This document shows positions 23,889-38,101 of a stretch of DNA of 63,570 nt, in pieces. Below the pieces are notes generated by a model that had not been told where the DNA came from, did no database searches, and saw only the letters and a list, made by a program, of their open reading frames with translations. Positions within the stretch are counted from its first letter, which is position 1; each line of letters opens with the position of its first letter. This DNA comes from Octopus bimaculoides (Eukaryota), in assembly GCF_001194135.2 (NCBI RefSeq), contig NC_068996.1, forward strand, positions 50,680,566-50,744,135, given 5' to 3'. The position numbers were made by a program, and so were the translations under genes.

Positions 23889-24299
23889 TTGGTCTACAAT
23901 TGTTAATGACTATACATATTTTATAGTAAGATTGTGTATAGTCGTCATCATCATCAGGTCCAGCTTTCTCAGACACTTTTTACCTGCACACACCATCAAT
24001 CTCAGTCCTGCATTAGTTGAGGGAGGTCTTTGCAGAGCCATTCAATGTCTCTACTGAGTTGATCAACATACATATGTTCAAATGACCTGCTTGAGTATAG
24101 CCACGCTTTGGCATCCACTGCAGTAGATCAATAACCAGCTTTCGTTTAGCTCTTTAGTCATGTTCTGCAAAGCACAAGTGCCTTCTCTATATAATGGTGA
24201 AAACAAGTAGATCTTCATACAGCTATTTCATGGTGGGATCTAAGACTGCTCTTAACATTTGGGTGTAAGTTCCATCTAGCTTCAGAGTCGAGAATTAGC

Positions 24300-24512
24300 T
24301 GCGCATGATATCATGCTACTTGTGTTAATCTATGTAAAACGAAGTTCATTGCTCACAATCAACAAGGATCCATCACCAACATCAGCAGAGATCCCATCAA
24401 TCAAGTTGATGATCTCATGTACCTTGGTACTGAGATAGCTTCAACTGAATGTGATGTAAAAACTTGGACAGCTAAAGTATGGTCAACCCTAAACAAATTG
24501 GATGTTGTCTGG
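24300..24512 (+). mobile_element. RTE-clade LINE relic, end of the reverse-transcriptase domain
   Basis: QGSITNISRDPINQVDDLMYLGTEIASTECDVKTWTAKVWSTLNKLDVVW (cf. V..F.YLGS.I......I..RI.KAW.A...L..IW). Confidence 0.75.
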
Positions 24513-26774
24513 TGTTGGTGTGTTTTATATTCCTGTAAATTAGTGATTTGGTAAAAGAGACCAATAGAACAATAGAATAATAAAAAAAAGTACTGGGGCC
24601 AATTCACTTGACTAGAAATTCTTCAAAGCAGTGGTTGCACTATAATTACCAAAACAATTAAAAGGTAAGAAAAAAATTCCATTTTAAAACACCCTTTCAG
24701 ACAACCTTAAGAGGAATTTTTCTGTGCTGTAGTCAATCCTTTTATATAAAGTAACAGTCTGGATGCTTATCAAAAATCTAGAATCCAAGCTAGATGGAAC
24801 TTGGTTATAGTAAATAGTAATAGAGATGAAGAAGCCAGCTGGGAATAGAATTACTTGTCTAGTCAACACTCAAGCCAATGTACTACCAGCTGTTCGCTGC
24901 TTGTTAGTCTCTTAGAATTTACAACCACGTAATTTTACTATAGTACAACTATACCTCATTTTTACTATATCGATCACAGAATATTGAATAATGGTCAAGG
25001 TTAACACCTTAGCAACCTTTATACTAATTTACATTACATATTCTTATTTATTACATGTATTTTTAACATAAAATATTTAATAGGTTTACTAATTGCACCA
25101 AGAGAATTTGACATTACTTTCAAATAATTATATATGATTTATTTCAAATGTCTTTAGTGTGACCCTAATCTCCTAACAGTTTGTAGAAGTTCATTATTGT
25201 GTCTATTGTTCCATTGTATTTTAAGCACTTATGGTGAGGAAATACTTGATAAAGTTTTATCTAGGTTAATAACTGATGCTGAAAGTAAAAGCTAAGAGGT
25301 TTTGGGAGTCTAAAAGTAGCCACATTAATTCATTAACAATGAAGTGGTTAATTTTTTTGTTGACCAAGTTTGTCTGTTTGTTGACCTTAGCAGGCAGACC
25401 GACTTACTGCTAAAGATGTCTAACTTTTTTGTGTCTTTTCAGACTGCATTATCTAATATGATCTTTTTTGAATATATGAGGGGAATTTGGCTGCTATGTT
25501 GAGCATGTCTAGAGATTTAGTTATAGCTAAATGTTTATGAACATTGTTGAGAATATCTTTTGACCACTCTTGTTAGAGATAGTTTGGGTATTTTATTGTG
25601 ATCCGTAGCTATAACATAACACATTTGTAGTAATTTTTTTTGTCTTGTATAAAAGAAAACCTTGGCCTTGAGGGTGCAGTGTTCTAATCTGAGTTGGTGG
25701 ATTCTAGTTTGCTGAGTAGCATCTGGCTATTTTTTGTATAATTCTATTTCTGTTGTTATTGTAGCAGTCTGGTACAAGATAACTCAAATTTGAATTTACT
25801 AATAACTACCTTAAAAGCTACACTCCGTGTGGACTTTTAAGCTAGCTCCTGTTGGTGGACTAATTAAGCCTGTGGCTCAAAACTAAGAGCTAAATAACAA
25901 TACTAGAACATATCTATAATGACTTTATGCTCTGGTGGTGTTTTATTGGAGGTTAAGGACGGATGAGAATTAATTCTGTAATGCAATCATTCTTTTATTG
26001 TTCCAGTCCCAAGTTGTATTCCAGCTGTTGGCTAATTTGTCCTAAAGTTCTTATCTCAACGAAGTGAATGTCATTTGTTTCCCCCCCCCCCCACCACCAC
26101 CACGTCACCAAAATGGCATGAACCAATGGCAACCCAAATGCTTTTTAAATCAGATCCCAATACTGGATGTTCAAGAATCAAATGAAGGCCAAATTTTTGA
26201 TCCCAGGATCATCCTGATTCCAAAAAGGTATAATATGTCTATGTAGAGCAAATGTAGGCCGAGATACAGGGATCCCGGATGGACAGATGGAATTTTGCTT
26301 TTATTATTACAGGTAACTCCTGACCAGTGTTTAAATTGGGGACAATTTATTTTTGTTTTGTGTTTTGTGTTGGCTGAATCAGTTGCAGACCAGATACAAA
26401 ATGCTTAGTAGTATTTCTTCTTTTGTTCTGTGTTGATATTTCACTGAGGTTGACTTTGCCTTTTGTCCCTTGAGGGTTGATAAAATAGGTACCAGTCGAG
26501 CACTCATAATCAACTAGCCCCCCTCCCCCACAAAATTCCAGTCCTTGTGCCTGTAATAGAAAGGATTATTTCAGATGAGACAGTTGTTCAGCCTCAGGTC
26601 AGCCCTGAGCAAGCTGATCTATGATTGAAGGCATTCCAACCATGGCTATTACGTTTAATTTTCAAGGAATGTGTTATCCAATGTGACCTTTTTTGTTTTT
26701 AGCTGTCATTTAAAGGTAATTTGGTTGCTACATAGAAGCTCCTTTGTTGGCTCATATGAGAGACAATGTTTTAG

Positions 26775-26883
26775 AATGGTGCAGGTATGACTATGTTGTA
26801 AGAAGTTTGCTTCTCTTATAGCCTCAGGCCAACCAAGGCTTGTGAGTAATTTTTAAGATGGAAACTGAAAGAAGCCTATCATG

Positions 26884-26914
<31 letters not shown>

Positions 26915-27135
26915 CTTTGTTTGTCTCTCACCATAGCTTGACAACTGTTGTTGGTTTGTTTCATTATCATCATCTGGTCAAGCTTACTTGGATATTTGTA
27001 ACCAGCACACCTCATCCATCTCAGTCTTGTCGTAGCTGAGGAAGGTCTTTGGGGAGGCGTCCGGTGTCTCTGATTTGTTTACCTCCCTGTAACTTAGTGA
27101 TTCAGCAAAAGAGACTGATAGAATAAGTACTAGGT
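26775..27135 (+). mobile_element. SINE family A
   Basis: Family head and body with internal (GT)n. Confidence 0.7.
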
Positions 27136-27949
27136 TTAACCCTTTAGCATTCAGATAATTCTGTCAAGTGTAATTCATGTGCTTTGCATTAATTATGCAT
27201 TATTTGTAGCTTTGAGATTTTGACCACAGTACAATGACCAAAACAAGCCAAAAAAAAAAATAATAAAAGATAGTTTTTCAGAGCTTTGTTAATGTGTCTA
27301 CATGATTGTATGTAAAGATCTTTAGAATTACATTGTAAGGTATGTGTGAGAGGCCAGATCAGGCCAGTTTAAGCATAAAACAAGTAGAATATTTCGGCTG
27401 GATATGGCTGGTTTAAATGCTAAACAGTGAAAAAGAAAAAAGTACTGGGGTTGATTTATTTGACTGAAGCTTCAATGCAGTGCTCCAGCATGACCACAGT
27501 ACAATGGCTGAAACAAGTAAAATAAAATATATATATATATAAATAAAAGATAGTTCTTCAGAGCCTTGTTTACGTGTCTACATGAGATTGTATGTGATTT
27601 AGAGATTTCTAGAATGGTGAAAATTGAAAAATACTGCAGTGTTGCAGTAAAGTGAAAAAATTCTTTGTTGTTGTCAGTGATGTATGACTATTATTTCATA
27701 GAAATATTTTTATTTTTTATGTTAATTTTTTTTTTTTGGAATTTACAAAATGGTTGGTTAAACAGATAATGGAATGAATACTTGGACAAGTCACTGTACG
27801 GTATGCATGGTTGTAATAGTTCAATAGCGGGGTTTTTTTTCTCTTTTTTTTTTTTTGGTGCTCATTTTGTATAGTAAGATTATATACATGGGGTAAAGTT
27901 ATACAGGAGGTAAGATTATAGATGGGGTAAGGTTATAGAGGGTATTTGG

Positions 27950-28230
27950 TTGTAAAGTTAAGAGTTTGATTCCAGGCAGTGCCTTGTGTCCTTGAGCAAG
28001 ACACTTTGTCATGTTGCTCCAGTGCACTCATCTGGCAAAAATGAGTAGTACCTGTATTTCAAAGGGCCAGCCTTGTCATATTCTGTGTTCTGTTGAATCT
28101 CCCTGAGAACTATGTTAAGAGTAAGTGTGTCTGTGGAGTGCTCAGCCACTTGCAAGTTAATTTCATGAGCGGGATGTTCTGTTGATTGGATCAACTGGAA
28201 CCCTTGTCATCTTAACTGATGGAGTCCTAG
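27950..28230 (+). mobile_element. Third SINE family (gtgtccttgagcaagacact core)
   Basis: B-box-like gtttgattcc followed by the gtgtccttgagcaagacac core common to several SINE superfamilies. Confidence 0.5.
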
Positions 28231-28289
28231 TACAGTCACTGAAAAAAGCTTCATTGATATAACTTGGAATTGTTAATAATCGAGATAAA

Positions 28290-28860
28290 GGTGGCGAGCT
28301 GGCAGAATCATTAGCAGCATCTTGTCCATCTTTACGTTCTGAGTTCAAATTCTACTGAGGTCAACTTTACCTTTCATCCTTTCGAGGTTGATGTACCAGT
28401 TGGACTCTGGGGTTGATATAATCAACTTACACGCTCCCTCAAAATTACTAGGCTTGTGCTAAAATTTGAAACCATTAATAGTTAAAATAAAATCAAGATT
28501 TGAATGTTGGTTCAATATGTTTGGTTTTTCTGATGTGAGTTTTCACTGCCAACAACATCACTAACATTATTTGAGGTGAAATCTAAATGAGCCATGCTGT
28601 TGGATTTGGTTAAAATTTAATGCTATATACCTTTAGATATTTTCTTATCCTTTCTATTATAGGCACAAGGCCTGAAGTTTTGGAGGAGGGGACTAGTCGA
28701 TTACATCGACCCCAGAATTTCACTGGTACTTAATGTATTGACTCTGAAAGGATGAAAGGCAAAGTCGACCTCGGTAGAATTTGAACTCAGAACACAACGG
28801 CAGATGAAATACTGCTAAGCATTTCGCCCGGCGTGCTAATGGTTCTGCCTGATCACCACC
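28290..28860. mobile_element. Inverted pair of family-B SINEs (28290-28475 on +, 28661-28860 on -)
   Basis: The two copies are reverse complements, ~190 bp apart. Confidence 0.8.
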
Positions 28861-30211
28861 AAATATTTTCTTATAATGAAAAATGAAAGCACATTTCTTA
28901 TTTGCATTGGCAGAATTGATAACAAATGCAATATTTACATGGGTATGGCTGTATGGTTAAGATCATTTTGCAACCATGTGGTTTCAGGTTCAGTCCCACT
29001 GAACAGCACCTTGGGCAAGTGCCTTCTACTATAGCCCTGAGCTGACCAATGCCTTGCAAGTTAATTTGGTAGAAAGAAACTGTGTCGAAGCCTGTTATAA
29101 ATATATGTATATGTGTGTTTATGTTTGTCTCCCCCACTACTTGACAACCAGTGTTGGTTTGTTTTTGTCCCTGTAACTTAGTTCAACAAAAGCATTTGAT
29201 AAATAAGTACCAGACTTTTTAAAAAAAATGTACTAGGGTAGGTTTGTTTGGTTAAATCCTTCAAGGCTGTATCTCAGCATAGTCTCAGACTGAAGAAAGT
29301 ACAAGAAAAAAGATAAAATGAAGTCAGTACTTCAATACTAAAAGAACAGTCTAATTTTGAATTCTTTGAGGATGGGATTTGGCCTGAAAATCAGTTTACT
29401 GGAAGGTGGTAGAAATTTAAATATAAGAGAAGGGACTTGGAGGAAGAACTTATGATTCCATGAAAAGAAATAATGTTAACGACATTCAATTAATGAAGCT
29501 TTAAATCTTTTTTTAAATTTTTTTTTTTAAACTTAGGCAGGAAGTATGAGATTTTTAGAGGAAAGGAAATGAGATTCTGAGGTCTTTGTGATTTTGTTTT
29601 TTCATTGAAAAAGTAAAAACAATTTACATGTTTAAAATAACTGTCAAATGCATATCTGATATAAGCAGAAAATGTTTTGTGGTTTGTGTATGTTTTCATA
29701 TTTTCTGGAAATTTGATCTTGTGAAATAGGTCTAGTCACACCACACTCTTTGAGAGAAATATACTCAAGCACAGAGTTGAAGATTTTTATCTCTCTTGCA
29801 TGGGGTAACTATTTTTGTTTCTTGGTGCATTGGAAATCTTCCACATTTTTTTTTCTTTTCAGCTCAAGGGTTCTTTCTAGAGTTGGTACAAAAAGTCTCC
29901 AATTAATGTACACCAATTAAATGTATAAAGTCCAGTCGTAACAGATTGGAATTCTAAAGGGTTATAAATAAATTAAACAAATAAAAATAAAGGAGTGGGG
30001 ATGTTATTGCTTCGTAAAAAAGATGTTAAAATTAATGAGATATACTTCGGGGCTGGTGGTGGTTGAAGGTGAGGGGTGGGTGGGTGTTATTTCTATCTTT
30101 CATAAAAGATATGCACCAGTGTTTTAAATGAAATTAGATAGCATGCTTAATGGTAAGAAAAATGAGCAAGGAAATTTTAGCAGGAACTAGCTAAGTGGCA
30201 TAAGACAAAGT

Positions 30212-30255
<44 letters not shown>

Positions 30256-33200
30256 TGTTTAGGTCAGGGGTCTCCAAAGGGGTTGATAAATGCACATCTT
30301 TATTTTCTTGTACATGCCTGGGGTTGATAAGGGACCAAGGATTCCCTGGTTTAGATATTATCTGGACTACTTGATTTGGTAGGCATCTTGGAAGGGCATC
30401 AATTTGAGAAAACAAAAATACTAAATACAAATATGCAATGAATTTGATTACAAAAAGGACTGGTATCATGGATACATATATCCTGTCATATCTTAGATGT
30501 GTGTGTTTGTGTTGCATGTATGTATGTGCATATGCATGTGTGTGTACATGTAAATGTGTCGATATATATATATGTGTATGTGTAGGTAAATGTTACATAG
30601 GCCAGAATTGTGAAGTTTAAAATAAATAGTGTTGCAAATAATGCATTTTTTTCCCTTATCCGTAACACAATAGGGGTGGTTTAAGAAGTTCGTTTTGTAA
30701 TCATCTTCCTGGGTTCAGTCTCACTACATACTACTCCTGAAGTGTCTTCTATGATAGTTTTGGGTTTACCCAATCCTTATGTAATGGAATTGGATAGATG
30801 GAAATCCTTTTGGGTTGATTATCTTATTCTTGAGTTACAGACTTGATATATAGCTTGGATGATCACCATTGATCACTGCCACCACCATCATTAGAAGTCA
30901 CCATCATCCTACCACCACCTTTGCTGCCCACCATTACCTCCACCACCATGCCATCACCTCCACCACCACCTCTAAAACCACATCATCATCACCACTGCCA
31001 AAACCACCACTATCTGACCTTGGATGCTTTTAATGGAGTCCATTTGCAAGAATTTGAAGCAAGAAATCTGGTCTGAGGATAACAGTAACTTGATGTGTTT
31101 GGTTATGACTTATGTATTGTAGGTTTCCCCACACTCATCTGCTGAAGGTCATGGATTCTTCCTTACCTCCTCCTGATTAGGCTATAAAACATGAATTCTG
31201 TATAATGTTGACCATGCATTTGCATGTATGTATAGCCCTGGGTTCTTTTTTCCTTTGAGATGGATTTACAGTTTCCCATGCATGCAAGTCTCGTATCACC
31301 ACCGCCACCACCGATTATTTAAGGAAAAGGTCTCTGACTTGGACCTATGCAGCTGGGTGTTGATATCATAGCAGCTGTTGCTATCAAACTATGGAGAGCT
31401 GGAACAGATACCACAAGGTATCTTGCAAGATCTTCACATTGTTCCACTAACCCTGGATTGGAAATTTGTTTTGTATTGATCCCGAAAGGATGAGAAACAT
31501 AGTTGACCTCTGCAGAACATGAACTCAGTGCAGAGAGTTGTAACAAACGAGGCAAAGCATCTTCTTGAGATCTAACAGTTCCACCATCCCCGGATTGGTA
31601 CTTTTTTTTTCTTTTTTTAATGACTCTGGAAAAAGGAAAGACAAATTTGACCTCTGTAGAATTTGAACTCATTGTGCAGGGAGTCGGAACAAATACAGTA
31701 AGGTATTCTATCCATTGCTCTAACAATTCTGCCAAATTGCTGCCTTTGTATGTTTAGTGAGAATGTTTGGAAATATTTCTTTTTCATCAACATTAATAGT
31801 AAATAGTAGTAGAACAGGTTTAGTCTGTAGCTGGTTCAGTATTAATTATGGAGCCAAAAATGACTTTTGATGAAATGTGGGATAGCTTTTTGTGTACAAG
31901 TTTGTTTTTTTTGCCTTTTACATATGTGTATAAAAAGCTTTTGCTGCTGTTAAATAATTCAGTGCTGTTGCCGTCCAGCTGCTGGTGGTCAGTTCTGATC
32001 TATTAGACAAACAGTTGAAAACATTCCAGCTGAGATCATTTTTGTCTAGGACTTCATGCTTATTAGCAGAGCACCTCTGACCATATGTCTGCTGGATCAT
32101 GGCTGACCAATGGTGAAACAACAACAGTTGCACGTTACTGTTGTTCTTTTCTTATACAAAATAATCTGCAGTTGTAGTTACAATATATTCATTTTGTCGG
32201 TCAACTTGTTGGACAGTAATTGAAAGAAGCTTAGTTAAACAAGCTTGCTTTGCTATTTGATTTCTGACATGTTCGCTTGAATAAGACAGGATCTTATAGT
32301 CAAATATATACATATTTTATTTAACTAGTTGTTCTATTATATATCACATTTTCTTTGTGTTAGCAATTGAGATCTGAAATAAGGTGCTACTTGATATCTA
32401 TCTAGCTGTGTTAAGATGTAAATAAAGATTTGCTCAAAGGAGAACTGAAATATGCAATTAAACTCTCATTACTTAGTGTTAGTTGACTACTACCTTCACA
32501 ACATTTCCATTGCATCTATGTTTATGTTCACATGACCTTGTAAATAAGTGTTTGTACATGCAGTAGTCTTACTGTTTTATTAAATGTATCTGATGTCATC
32601 ATCATCATCATCACATCGTTTAATGTTTGTTTTCCATGCTGGCATGGATTGGACTATTTGACAGGAGCTGGCAAGTCAGAAGACTATGCCAATATCCACT
32701 ACTTGCCTTGGCATGGTGTCCATGGCTGGATGCTCTTCTTAATGTCAGCTATTTTACACTGTGTAACTGGGTGATTTTTCTGTGGCACCAGCACCAGTGA
32801 GGTCACCAAGTAACTTGCAAAACAAAGACCCCCTCGATTGAGAGGAGGTGGCTTTGTGCCAGGGGATGAAAAGTTAAAGTATGATAGAGGACCAGAAACA
32901 GGTGTCGTTCTGTAGAGAAGATATATGACTACCCCAGGCAGAAAGGAGAGGAGAGAGAGAAAAGATGGTGGTGAAGATATGTCAGGGCATACACTCAAGG
33001 CACAGGTAATGTCTGGGTATGCCTTGCAAATTATAGCAGTTGGAGTTCAACTTGAGAAATTCCAACAGTGCTGTTTTTCATGTTTTACTTTGACCTCACT
33101 GCATTGTGAATATTAAGACATTTGTCAATGTTAGGGAAATTCTACCTTGGCTTACATGAAAAAGCTACATATTCTAAAAACAAATTTAAGAGAGAAAAAA

Positions 33201-34099
33201 AAAGTCAGAAAATTGTTGTGCTTTGTGTCTCTCTTGTTTTCAGTCATTGAACTGTGGCCATACTGGGGCACCACCTTGAAGGGTTTAATCAAACAAATCA
33301 ACTTCTTTGCTTTTTTTGAAGTCTGGTACTTTATCAGTCTCCTTTGCTGAACCACTAGGTTATGAGGATGCAAACAAACCAACTCCAGTTAAGTAATGGA
33401 GAGACAGGGAGATATAGACACAAACAGGTCTATCTCTATGGTTGGCTTCCACACAGTATCTATCTAATTCAATAACAGGGCCTAAGTTGGCCCAGGGCTA
33501 TAGTAGAAGACATGCCCAAAGCTGTGCTATGGAACTGAACTAGAAACCACATGACTGTTAAGGAAGCTTCTTGATTTTTTTTTTCTTATACAAAGCACAT
33601 CAAATACCATTTAATATTTTCTCTTGTTGTACAGATAGAAATGGTAATGTGCTTGTAAGGACAGCAGAAACAGTGGTAGTGTCTGAATTGGATGTCATTG
33701 GCAATTCTGCAAAGTCAAGGATGGTTGTCCAAATTTATTTATTGTAAACCTCCATTTAATAAAATAGACTGCTGCATTTACAAACATGGAGGTTTACATA
33801 ATCACATGGATATGGTCATGGATATGATCATGGATATATCAATGTGGAATCCACCTATCCAATTGCTAACTGTTTCATTTTTTTTTTTTTTACACTTACA
33901 TTCATTATTGAGATATTCTGTTTGCTCTGGGTTGAAGTATTGGACTCCATTGTACATGATCCATTTGCACCTATTGGTTATTCACTAATGACCCCTACTC
34001 ATAGGCATTGGTGCAACACTTCAAATTTACTTTTGAGTATTAAGTCTTTGAGCTACTTCCATTGTCCTTATCATCTATGCTTCCTTACTTTGAAGTAAA

Positions 34100-34340
34100 A
34101 TAGTTAATTGGACAACCAGTGACCTGATCAGCCCCAGTATGTGAAGCTTTATGTTTTGTTCTCAGCCAAAGTCCTATTAGATCTAAGTGCCTTGTCTTTT
34201 AAGGAATAAATTACTTTTTTGCTTTCTGAAATGTTGTCCGTCATTGACTTTTGTATGATGTTGATAGAGGTATGTTTTGTGCCCTCTTTAGAGCTGAATC
34301 GTACCCCAGGACCATAGATTGCTTTAGTCATGCTGAAGAG
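34100..34340 (-). mobile_element. RTE LINE relic (linker/RT start)
   Basis: KAIYGP...KDKALRSNRTLAE resembles the RTE LKAVYGP...K.GKA.G.D.IPAE motifs; degraded. Confidence 0.5.
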
Positions 34341-34499
34341 ACCCTGTGGCTTGCATGCTAGCCAGTTACTCTATTTATGTTCTTTGGTTTGTCACATTTT
34401 TGTTGCCTTATTTCTTTTGAAATGCACTTTGTTTCAATCAGTTTTAAAAATAATGAATAGTTTAATAAAATAACTTTGTTCTTTCATGTGGTGGTGCCA

Positions 34500-34740
34500 C
34501 TTAAAACGCATTCGTGCCAGTGCTGCGTAAAGGCACCTGTGCCAGTGGCACATAAAAAGCACCCAGCACACCCTGTAAAGTGGTTGACATCAGGAAGGGC
34601 AGCATCCAGCCATAGAAACCAAACCACAACAAATAGTTGGAGCCTGGACAGGTCCTGCTAGCCAGCTCCATGTCAAAATGTCCAGCTCATGCCAGCATGG
34701 AAAGCAGACGTTAAACGATGATGATAATGATGATAGTTGG
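34500..34740 (+). mobile_element. RTE-tailed SINE or LINE 3' end with a (GAT)n tail
   Basis: ggttgacatcaggaagggcagcatccagc...catgccagcatggaaagcagacgttaaacgatgatgat; reverse-oriented relatives at ~17575, 21170, 32600, 43130 and 61200. Confidence 0.6.
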
Positions 34741-36599
34741 TGTTTGGAACAAATTAACATAAAATTTTGATGGGGGACTATAATTTAGATCACTTTAAAA
34801 CAAATAGTGAGTTTCTGTCATAAAACCAGGAACAGTCTCAGGTAGGTTGGTATCAAAAGGGTAAATAGTTTTTCATTGCATGTATTTGGCCCTGTAGTGT
34901 GGCCTTTGTTTGCTGACAAGTTTTCCTATTGCATTCACTATTCTCGTCATTTTGATTGGCACCAAAGACTGCTCTCTTATTATCAACTACTTAATTTGAG
35001 TGTTGTTCTTATCAAGCCAATCTTAGTTTTGTAAAACCCAAGTACCCTTGACAAGCTGTAGATATCTCTGCTTTTAAAGTGAATCATATCTCGATAGTCA
35101 CATTGTCACAAGTTAGATGGGTGATAGTTTATCATCTAGACACCGCTGAAGTTACTCTACCTTTACTGGGTCTGAAAAAGACTTGGTGTTGATTTTCTGT
35201 TGACATTGTTATTGTTGTCGGCATCACTTTGCAATAAATTACTTAATACCATGTCAGATAGTATTTGGAGGTGATCCATTGAGGAGTTATTGACTCCTGT
35301 TATTTGCATATAGTTGTGATCATGGGTCTGTTTGATGCCAATACTTTATGACAGAGGCTTCCAAGGAATTCCTGGTAGCCTCTGTGATAAAGCACTGCCT
35401 TTTTTCTTTTTACAGAATAGTGTGCTGGTGACTACTAGTGTATTTATCTATAGCTGTTTTAGCTTCATGTTAATCCTGATTGAGCAGGTCTATAATCAAA
35501 AGCATTTCAGCCATGTTTTTGGATACATATCAAGGCATACAATATCCAACATGTCTTTTAAGATGTTAAGGTGTGATTTGAGGAAGATTCAGTCGCTATT
35601 TCTGGTGGGGTCCAATGACCATATAGAGAGGCCTTTCACTAAGCTTGTTGTACCTGTGAGGTGTCTGTGAATTTTCATTTCCAAATTGCTCCTCACCTCA
35701 GCTTTTCCAGTGCATCTATCTATTGGGTGCACTTAAAGTTCTGCAAACAAAAAAAGGAAATAAATGAGTAAGAACAAAGAGGGACCGAGGGACATGTTTG
35801 TAGACAGATTTAGCACATGTCAGTTTGGAAAAGTAAACATAAAACAGGAAAATAAAACATAAAAGGTAATGATTGTTTAAATAGTTTTGTTGAATTTCTT
35901 GGCTTGGAATTTAGAATCTATTAGTATATTTGTTACTTTTTGAAATTGTTTTTGAAAAACTTTTTTTTTTTTTCCTTTTTTACATTAAATAAAATAACAC
36001 TGATGGTAGTCGTTGATTGAGCAGGTATATGGCAGAAGGCCATTCTGCTATGTCTGTCCCATCACTTTTTTTTTTATTATCTCAGATGTATAGTAATTTA
36101 GTGCTTTATGCTTCATGCACCAAGATTTCCCATGAGACCTTAGAACCTCTCATAGCATGAGCAGAAGATGAAAGAGGAGATTTATGGACATCTACCACCC
36201 ATCTCTACCATTGTTGCTCAGTGCTAGGTAGGCTTTGCTGGCTGCCACTGCTACTGCTGCTGCTCTCATATTGGATATTATATTTTGGAAACTTCCAATC
36301 CCTAATAGCAGAAAACCACTATCATCAATACATTGATGTTATTGACAGACATATAAAATTAAGGACTTACCTAACCTAATGAGGGATAGGTTCCTGGTGT
36401 GGCAGTATAAAATCTTAGTGGGTGTATGAAGAGGAATCTAGAACTATATTATCTAACAAGTCTTATTTAAAAAATTTTAGTGAGATTTCAGGGAAATTTG
36501 ACTGCTATGTCTAGCAGTTATTTTGACATTTTTATTTGGTTCAGTATTATTATATGAACATAAATGCAGTTGGTATGATACACACATATATAAAGCTCT

Positions 36600-36861
36600 T
36601 TTTTTGAGTACCTGTTCTATGAACTTTCAACATGAAACTTCCCCAAAAACCATCGTCAAGATCCAGAGCAAATTGCAGAATATCCTCGACTAGCTTATGG
36701 AAAATGACTTCCAGACAGATTCCAAATGTGGCAGGAATGCTGGGACCGGTGTATTGCTGCACAAGGTGACTATTTCAAAAGAGATGACATTAAAACTTAG
36801 GTAAATAAGTTATTTTATATTAAACATAACCAGCCTGAGAACCTTTTGGTACCACCTGGTA
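36600..36861 (+). mobile_element. Mariner transposon 3' relic
   Basis: IQSKLQNILD*LMENDFQT / FQMWQECWDRCIAAQGDYFKRDD = mariner transposase C-terminus; terminal cttttggtaccacctgg|ta is TIR-like. Confidence 0.75.
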
Positions 36862-37054
36862 TGGTTAAAACCCAAGCTGTACCCTCTTGAAACACATCTG
36901 CTTATTATACTTTATTTGATTCTCTGTCTGAAGAATTTCTATGTTTATCTTACATGTACAACTTAGTAATTTCTATTAGCAAATGAAACATGTGTGATGG
37001 TGAATAAATAGTAACAAAAAAATTTTTCCAACTCTGTTATATGTGTGTACTCTG

Positions 37055-37425
37055 TGTTTGTGTGTGTGTGTATGTGTACTGTGTGTGTGTGTGTGTACCG
37101 TGTGTGTGTGTGTGTGTGTACCGTGTGTGTGTGTGTGTACCGTGTGTGTGTGTGTGTGNNNNNNNNNNNNNNNNNNNNNNNNNNNNNNNNNNNNNNNNNN
37201 NNNNNNNNNNNNNNNNNNNNNNNNNNNNNNNNNNNNNNNNNNNNNNNNNNNNNNNNNNNNNNNNNNNNNNNNNNNNNNNNNNNNNNNNNNNNNNNNNNNN
37301 NNNNNNNNNNNNNNNNNNNNNNNNNNNNNNNNNNNNNNNNNNNNNNNNNNGTGTGTGTGTACCGTGTGTGTGTGTGTGTGTGTACCGTGTGTGTGTGTGT
37401 GTACCGTGTGTGTGTGTGTGTGTTG
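37055..37425. repeat. (GT)n minisatellite periodically interrupted by 'gtacc', spanning a gap
   Basis: Repeated gtgtgtgtgtgtgtaccgt on both sides of the gap. Confidence 0.9.
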
Positions 37426-37596
37426 TGTGTTTTGTACTGTGTGCATTCACATACACACTTATGTGTACATATAAATACAAACTGATATTTGAACAATCTC
37501 CACGCCTTTTTTTTTTGTTTTTGTAATAATAGATTTCTTTCTGTATTTTGGATTGAGTCCTTTGGTCTGTGTTTCTTATTTATCACTAAACAACCC

Positions 37597-37634
<38 letters not shown>

Positions 37635-37664
37635 GTACAGATGTGTCTGTGTGTATGCATTTGT

Positions 37665-37709
<45 letters not shown>

Positions 37710-38061
37710 TATGTATAATTAGAATTAATTGTTCTAAGCTCAGTCTATAAGTAGGTACTTTGCAGTGGTATAGCTTGCTGCGATCACTATTAGATCACTG
37801 TGTAGTAGCTTCACTAGCATGTGTTATTGAGTTCAAATACTTGTGCGTGAGTGAGAGTGAGACATGGTCTGTCAAGGTAGGCTTGACCTTGATTACGCTG
37901 CTGTTGTCAAGACAACATTTTCATGTCGCGTTATCATCTATGATTCTGTTAAACTCTTCACATTATATAGAAATCAGCTGTGCATTTTTCTCGTTCTCTG
38001 TCTCTTTTTTAAATAAAAGAACATGTGTGTTTGTGTATGTATATGTACACGGACACTTGTG

Positions 38062-38101
<40 letters not shown>

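Noticed and set aside
33692-34098. ORFs with MDMVMDMIMD / HGYGHGYDHGY periodicity
   Set aside because: Caused by a short CATGGATAT tandem; the frames are bounded by stops and resemble no family I recognise.
34900-35780. Possible additional LINE RT relic on the - strand
   Set aside because: Too degraded for me to recover diagnostic RT motifs with confidence; left unannotated.
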